A DNA stretch of 63,918 nt, the filler included, from Aduncisulcus paluster (taxonomy: Eukaryota): assembly GCA_024181965.1 (NCBI GenBank). It is 10 parts of 10 records of this genome, joined end to end, with 100 filler letters (N's around TTAATTAATTAA, not from the genome) between each part and the next. Parts side by side here need not be neighbours in the genome. Positions count along the whole stretch, not along the records: positions 58,093 to 60,580 come from BQXS01011570.1; positions 60,681 to 63,918 come from BQXS01011572.1; 8 more parts are not named here. One strand, given 5' to 3'. The position numbers were made by a program, and so were the translations under genes. The notes under the pieces are model-generated. The model was not told the DNA's origin, ran no database searches, and was given only the letters and a program-made list of their open reading frames with translations. Positions 58,093 to 63,918 of this stretch are shown here, piece after piece; the first letter of the stretch is position 1, and every line of letters starts with the position of its first letter.

Positions 58093-60580
58093 TCCTCCAT
58101 GCTTCTTGATCGTATTCTTCAAACGAACAACATAATGATCCCTGTTCAAACATCACTTCAACACCTCCACCTGTGTGTTCAATCAGATCATACACAGATT
58201 GTCTCAAGGATCTCTCATCATCAAATGGCATCTTAACAAGCATGTGTTGGGGAGAAGAAGTGTATTGGATGAGAGAAGAGTGTGTGAGGATATCTTGAGA
58301 ACTCGATCCATCACGTTTAAGAACATGTTGGATTTGCATTTCTTTTCCACTGATAATATCATGATAGCAAGAGATTTTGTCTTTGCGATGTGGAATAGTT
58401 TTATGCAGATTCATAACAGAACATACATGGGAAGCGTATGAATATCCATCTTTCTCAGGACACAAAGATGTCTCAATTGATGTGAGAAATGAAACCATTG
58501 GAACAGAATGGAAAAGAGTTGAAGAGAGATATGAAGAAGATACGAAGGAGGAAATGTTGGAAAGGTATTGGTTATAGATTTGAGTTGAACAATACCATTC
58601 TTCTTTGCACCGTAGCATCTTGGCATCATATTTGGGAGATAGATGAGGGACAAGAGATGGAACAGTGGATAGCATGGAAATGAGATTGAACCAGTATTTG
58701 ATTCCCCATTCATGTTGTTTCATCTTCATAACTTCAAACCACTCATCAAGAAGATGCTTTACATTATCATAGATTACAAGAGCATGTGAAGGATCACAAC
58801 ACAAGTTAGAGAAGAATCGCAAACATTCTTCATGATCATTCTCAACAATCCTATCCCCAACAAACTCTCTCTTAACAACATCAAGAACAGGGTGGAAAAG
58901 AGGCCAAACTTCAGAACAAAGGGATTTGTTGGGAGATTCGTTATCACGTGAGGTGGTGCCAAATGATAGAATATACATCCATTGTCCATAGCACTTACTA
59001 TCATTGTACATCCTCAACCAATCTTTGACATATGGTTTGATAAGGGTGAGAATAGAGGATCGAGTGGAAGTAGAGGGAGAAGAAGAGGAATAAAAGGAGA
59101 TGTTTTTGAGAGTCATCAATAAATTTAGAACAATATTATCAGACAACTTCTTCTTGCTTCCTCTCTCAAGAATTCGATGGAAAGTGGAAAGGATCTTGGG
59201 AATGAAAGAATCCCATTTATCTTCAACTTCGAAAGAATAATCAACACAAATGCTACAATACTCTTCATAAACAGCTTCTTCCAATATTTCCTCCACTCTT
59301 GAAAGATGATCAATGAAAGTGTCAATGAGATTGTTGAAATCGGGTATTGGGAGGAAGATACTCCTTCCAGCAATATCATGTCTTACAAACCATCTTAAAC
59401 ACTCAACACAAAGAACAATCTCTCTGTTGTGCTCTTCTATCTCACTCTTTGATTGGGATGCAAGGAAGACAGAAAGGATATCTTCTCGATGTTTGTGGTA
59501 GAGAATTGAGGATGATTCTGAGTCAGGAGATTTCTTAATAGCTTCAACTAATCCAGACCATTTTTTCAGAGAAGGATAACAATTACCAAGATATCTTGCA
59601 TAATCATTACGCAATCCTCCATTCTTCTTGCACCACTCCATGTTGGCATCATATTTGGGAGAGAGTTGAAGAATAAGAGATGGAACAGTGGATAGCATGG
59701 AAATGAGTCTGGACCAGTATTTGACTCCCTGACTATTAGCATGCTCTCCTTCACTTTTCTTCCTCTTCACTATCTCAAACCAGCTATCAAGAAGACCATC
59801 TTTAATGCAAGCATGAACTTCAATGGCTTGGGAAGGAATACAACTCAAGTTACCAAAGAATAGTAAACAACGAATTACAGCATCATCATCAAATGTAATA
59901 CCTTTGGAAGCAGTGTCCTTGATAATAGCCAAGACAGGGTGGAAGACAAACCAAAGTTGTGAGGAACGATCTTTATCAGAACCGATGTTATCCTTATCAA
60001 CAGTGATATTCTTCAAGATATTCATCCACAAGAAAAAGAACTTCTTATCAGGATACTTCTTCATCCATGGCAAGATATGGGGGAGAAGAATGGATAAAAG
60101 GGAGTTCTTGGTGGGATCATCTTTGGCAAATGCAATATTCCTACATGTTAGGATATCCTCAACAAAAGAATCCTCAAGTTTCTCAGATAGGCCGAGAATA
60201 AACATCTTGGAGAGAAGAGTGGAGATCTGGGGGAAAATGGCAATACATTGAGATAAGACATTTCTCGATGAGATACTGAGAATGCTGAACAATGTCTTTG
60301 TAATGGAATTCACTCTAGATTCAGCAGTTTCAGCTCCTTCTTCTTCTTCTTCCATTTCTTTCATTTCTTCTCGTTCAACTCTCAGAATAGCTTCAACTCG
60401 GATCATTGAAGGCAAGAAAGAGTCAATCATATCCTGGATGGAAGAACTATCCAGAATAACCTCAAAATCATCCTCATCTGGAGTTCCATCGTCTTTTGTA
60501 ACTTTATGCTTCACGAACAAGGACAAACATTCGAAACAAAGGGCGAACAGATCTCGAGCGGAGGGGACAGCAGATGAGGG
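58093..60580 (-). CDS. ARM/HEAT-like repeat protein, close paralogue of 51138-53705; partial at both ends
   Basis: Colinear and highly similar to the 51138 ORF along its whole length. Confidence 0.85.
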
Positions 60581-60681
60581 NNNNNNNNNNNNNNNNNNNN
60601 NNNNNNNNNNNNNNNNNNNNNNNNTTAATTAATTAANNNNNNNNNNNNNNNNNNNNNNNNNNNNNNNNNNNNNNNNNNNNC

Positions 60682-63006
60682 GAAGGTAAATGCGATGGCA
60701 CTGATGACACAGATGGTACTGGTGGCACTGATGATATACAATTATCCATATCGAAACTACATGGAAGTAGAAGAATATCTAGAACTGCAGCTGGAGGTAA
60801 GGAAAGCAGAAAAGATGAAGAGGAGGAAGAGCAGATATCCAGTCGTCAACATTCAACTCATTCTATTCTTTCTCATTCCAAAAATAGCAATATATCAACA
60901 ACATCCTCATTATTACGCACTCATCCTGAACAATATAGTGCCACTCTCTCACATTCCTCTTCTTCTTTATCTTCCTCTTCCTCTTCCTCTTCCTCTTCTT
61001 CCTCTTCTTCCTCTTCTTCTTATAACCTTCCATCTGCTATGTATTCTTCCTCTATTTCCTCCCTATCTTCTTCCAGGGGACCATATTGTCCCAATACTCT
61101 CCCTGTAACTTCCTCTTCTTCCTCCTCTCTGGCTAGATTCAAGAGTATTCTGGCCACGATCGTCAGGAAATACACTGAGGTGCTCTCTGTAGTAGAAGTT
61201 GAAGAGGAGAGGAGGAAACGTGATGAATGTCAGACCAGTGTCTTGGCTACTTCCTCTTCTTCCTCTTCTTCCTCTTCTTCCTCTTCTTCTTCGACAAATG
61301 AATCATTGTCAAATCTTTCAGCACAAGGAACAACGATGCGAGCTGGTGACACTCATCAACATGAAGGTGATCCATCAACACATCTTCAAGAACAGCCATC
61401 CTCTTCCAGTTCCTCTTCTTGTGGTGTTTCTCATATGCTTCGTGGGACGGTAGGATTACCGACAATTATCGGTTCAACCGATATAAAACCATCCTCCTCT
61501 TCAGATCTGGGAGATATCAGTAATAGTTCTGGCAATGCCCTTGTTGCTGATAGTATTGTTGATAGTACCAGTCGTGACTGTGTTCATGTAGATCATACAA
61601 AACAATATGAAGAATTATGCATGTTATTTGCATCTAATCCCGTTCTAAAGCAACTTATTCAAGATATTATTAAGCAAGTTAATCGAGGTTGTCCAATGTT
61701 TTTGGTTGAGGAACATGTAGGAAGTGATCTTGCAACGTTTGTCCTTCTATCGATTTTACAGGCCTCAGATTGGATGTTACAACAAGAATCAAGTATGTTG
61801 AGTGGTGTCAATGGTAGTGTTGGTGGTAGTATGGGTTCATCCAGTAGTATAATTGGTGATAGAGGTAGTGGATCTGGATCTTTGGGTAGTAGCAGTATTT
61901 CTGAAGGAGGCTCTGGAAACAGCAAGGAAATGCCACATTTATTTGAGAAATGTTCTATTGTTATCGACCGACGTGATATGCTATTGTTAATCCCAAAGAC
62001 TGGTGTGTTGTTCCTTCAGGTGCAGTCTTACCTCATCCATCTATTTTCATGCCTAACAACTCAACTACATTCTTCTCACAGGTCTAAATATAGAACTGTT
62101 GCTCAATTCATTCATATATGTTTCGATGTGTTACCCTCTTCACCTTTTGCTTCCTTATTCCAGAACTTCACTCGCACACATGGAAGCAAACGAGCTCTGA
62201 TGCGTGACCTGTCTGAATTGCAGGAAGAAGTCAGCGGTCGTAAGAAAAGCAGTATCAAGGGAAGTGATGCCATTGTGCATAAAAGTTATCGTCTCCAGGC
62301 TAGAACATTGCCTTATATGCAGGCTACTACAAGGAAGCACCCGTCATCCACTCATCTACCGGCTGCAAACATTAGTTCTCATCCACAAACTATCCCCCAT
62401 CATCATTCTTCCTCTTCTGTCATGTCAGTTCCTAGTATTCATGGCAGTAATATTTCTTCTTCTTCCTCTTCCTCCTCCTCCTCCTCCTCTTCTTCTTCTT
62501 CTTCTTCTTCTTCTTCTTCTTCTTCTTCTTCTTCTTCTTCTTGTTCTTCAAAACCACCAACAGGAATGCCTGGTTCTGGTATTTCTTCCTCTTCCTCTTC
62601 TTCTTCCTCTTCGTCTGGTGTCATTGGTCAGGGATGCAGTGTGGGTATGCCATCACATCTGCCGGTTTCTTCTTCGGTTCCAGGCGGTAGTATTGGCAGT
62701 GTTGTCGGCGGTTCCACAGTACAAAGCGGCTCCACCTCATCTTCAGCCGGTAGTGTTGCCGGTTCTATCGGCAGTGCCGGTGCTCATGGCAGTGCCGGTG
62801 CTCATGGCAGTGCCGGTGCTCATGGCAGTGCTCATCCTCACTCACATCAAGCATTCATATCCTCTGGAATGCAGTATATTACTCCCCAACAACAACAACA
62901 ACAGGGTGTTCCGAGACAATATTCCTCTCTCGATTTGCACAGGATGACAGAGGCAGCCAACAGAGCAGCTTCTTCGATAAACAAACGAAAAGGGAAGAAA
63001 AAATGA
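60682..63006 (+). CDS. Hypothetical Ser/Gly-rich low-complexity protein; 5'-partial
   Basis: Frame open from 60682 into ORF 61039-63006; poly-Ser tracts flank a helical core. Confidence 0.75.
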   Translation, partial: EGKCDGTDDTDGTGGTDDIQLSISKLHGSRRISRTAAGGKESRKDEEEEEQISSRQHSTHSILSHSKNSNISTTSSLLRTHPEQYSATLSHSSSSLSSSSSSSSSSSSSSSSSYNLPSAMYSSSISSLSSSRGPYCPNTLPVTSSSSSSLARFKSILATIVRKYTEVLSVVEVEEERRKRDECQTSVLATSSSSSSSSSSSSSSTNESLSNLSAQGTTMRAGDTHQHEGDPSTHLQEQPSSSSSSSCGVSHMLRGTVGLPTIIGSTDIKPSSSSDLGDISNSSGNALVADSIVDSTSRDCVHVDHTKQYEELCMLFASNPVLKQLIQDIIKQVNRGCPMFLVEEHVGSDLATFVLLSILQASDWMLQQESSMLSGVNGSVGGSMGSSSSIIGDRGSGSGSLGSSSISEGGSGNSKEMPHLFEKCSIVIDRRDMLLLIPKTGVLFLQVQSYLIHLFSCLTTQLHSSHRSKYRTVAQFIHICFDVLPSSPFASLFQNFTRTHGSKRALMRDLSELQEEVSGRKKSSIKGSDAIVHKSYRLQARTLPYMQATTRKHPSSTHLPAANISSHPQTIPHHHSSSSVMSVPSIHGSNISSSSSSSSSSSSSSSSSSSSSSSSSSSSSCSSKPPTGMPGSGISSSSSSSSSSSGVIGQGCSVGMPSHLPVSSSVPGGSIGSVVGGSTVQSGSTSSSAGSVAGSIGSAGAHGSAGAHGSAGAHGSAHPHSHQAFISSGMQYITPQQQQQQGVPRQYSSLDLHRMTEAANRAASSINKRKGKKK
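62453..62541 (+). repeat. (TCT/TCC)n poly-Ser microsatellite
   Basis: About 29 consecutive Ser codons. Confidence 0.9.
62770..62831 (+). repeat. Coding 18-bp tandem repeat x3.4 (GSAGAH)
   Basis: GGCAGTGCCGGTGCTCAT three times plus a partial unit. Confidence 0.9.
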
Positions 63007-63715
63007 GTGAATCTAAACATTTAAAGTTGTGTATTATGTTTAATCATTATATCGTTTTTAATCCCTGATTTAGTTTGGTATTTGGTTGTAATCATTATGT
63101 AGTGTTCCAAGAAGACACGCACAGAAGACATGCACAGAAGAATCGGAGATAAGAGTTGAATATATGCCACAGTGCCCGGTTTGATGATATGTTTGACTTG
63201 AACAATGTGCAATTTGTGTGCAGATATGTTCCATGATAATCGAATCATTCCAATTCTCATGGAACTCCACGTTGTCACTGTTGATTACATTGACAGAGAA
63301 TGCATCTTCGATTTTTCCCTTGATGATGCCAATTTGTCGCTGTTCTTTTCTCCTTCAGTATTCTACGATAGGTGCAAACAACGATAGTTTCTTGGACTCG
63401 AATGATGGAGTATATTGTGATTGTGCGATTAATTTATGATTAATTAGTTCCATGTTTTTACTTCATGAATGTATGTTTTTATGACAACAATAATAATAAT
63501 ACAGAATAGAGAACAATTCCAAACAACGCTCCAAAGTTCAATAATAATGTCTCATCGTGAAGGAGAGTGTGCAACTTGTTCAACCATCAACAATCAACCA
63601 TCAACAATCAACAATCAACTTCAAGCTTGAAATGAACTCTTCTCTCAGTTGTTCCATTCACTTGATGGCATTAAGAATAAAAATAAAATCTTACATCAGA
63701 ATCTTTCCACATCAC

Positions 63716-63918
63716 TCACTGACTCTGATCCCAACCTTCCTCATGCTCAACACCAGCAACACCACATCTCATTCCTTCAATGGTTCCAACAGAGCCACCA
63801 TACTTCTTGCGTTGCTCACGGATAATGGCTTCAATGCTTGGACACTCATAGTCTTCGCCAATCGTGGGAAGGAAAGGTTTGATGCATTGGACTTTCACAC
63901 GAGCTTCATGCACACTCA
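63716..63918 (-). CDS. 3' end of a gene entering from the right edge, possibly a lineage-expanded protein kinase tail
   Basis: SVHEARVKVQCIKPFLPTIGEDYECPSIEAII...* resembles the helix after kinase subdomain XI; no catalytic motifs lie inside the window. Confidence 0.5.
   Translation of the reverse strand, partial: SVHEARVKVQCIKPFLPTIGEDYECPSIEAIIREQRKKYGGSVGTIEGMRCGVAGVEHEEGWDQSQ

Noticed and set aside
63070-63453. Minus-strand 127-codon frame with a single internal TGA (MELINHK...VEY*RRKEQ...)
   Set aside because: No recognisable domain, redox motif or SECIS; could be chance or a decayed pseudogene.
1-63918. Hexamitid-type alternative genetic code (TAA/TAG = Gln)
   Set aside because: Conserved genes end at TAA or TAG at expected positions (e.g. 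MRT4, RNASEK-like) and long ORFs contain no internal TAR.

Overview
Gene-dense eukaryotic (protist) draft-assembly sequence. Ten contig pieces are joined by artificial 100-nt N44-TTAATTAATTAA-N44 linkers, and four 20-N gaps are flanked by unmerged overlap duplicates. It uses the standard code, has short AT-rich intergenic regions and sparse, mostly 5'-proximal GTATGT...AG introns of 70-87 nt. These traits and the expanded LRR/Cys-rich, ARM-like and kinase-tail families suggest an anaerobic fornicate of the Carpediemonas-like group such as Aduncisulcus (inference from memory, not a search). Recognisable genes: AKTIP-like E2 variant, TIS11-type CCCH protein, IST1, RNASEK/V-ATPase subunit f, NAXE, MRT4, EF-hand/WD40 protein, MED27-like, CBM48 protein, prokaryote-type Fe-ADH and an hSac2-domain protein. 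The main finding is a ~760-bp Fanzor (eukaryotic TnpB) element at 48977-49738 (-). It has a host-type intron after its ATG, an apparent internal deletion, an intact RuvC-II/ZnF/RuvC-III C-terminus, a strand-specific omegaRNA-like hairpin scaffold and 9-bp terminal direct repeats. Also noted: five same-direction (+1) frameshifts, an odd intron-containing tRNA-like gene with anticodon ACA, a bipartite match to the LSU rRNA peptidyl-transferase region, and a shared ~30-nt motif in two divergent promoters.
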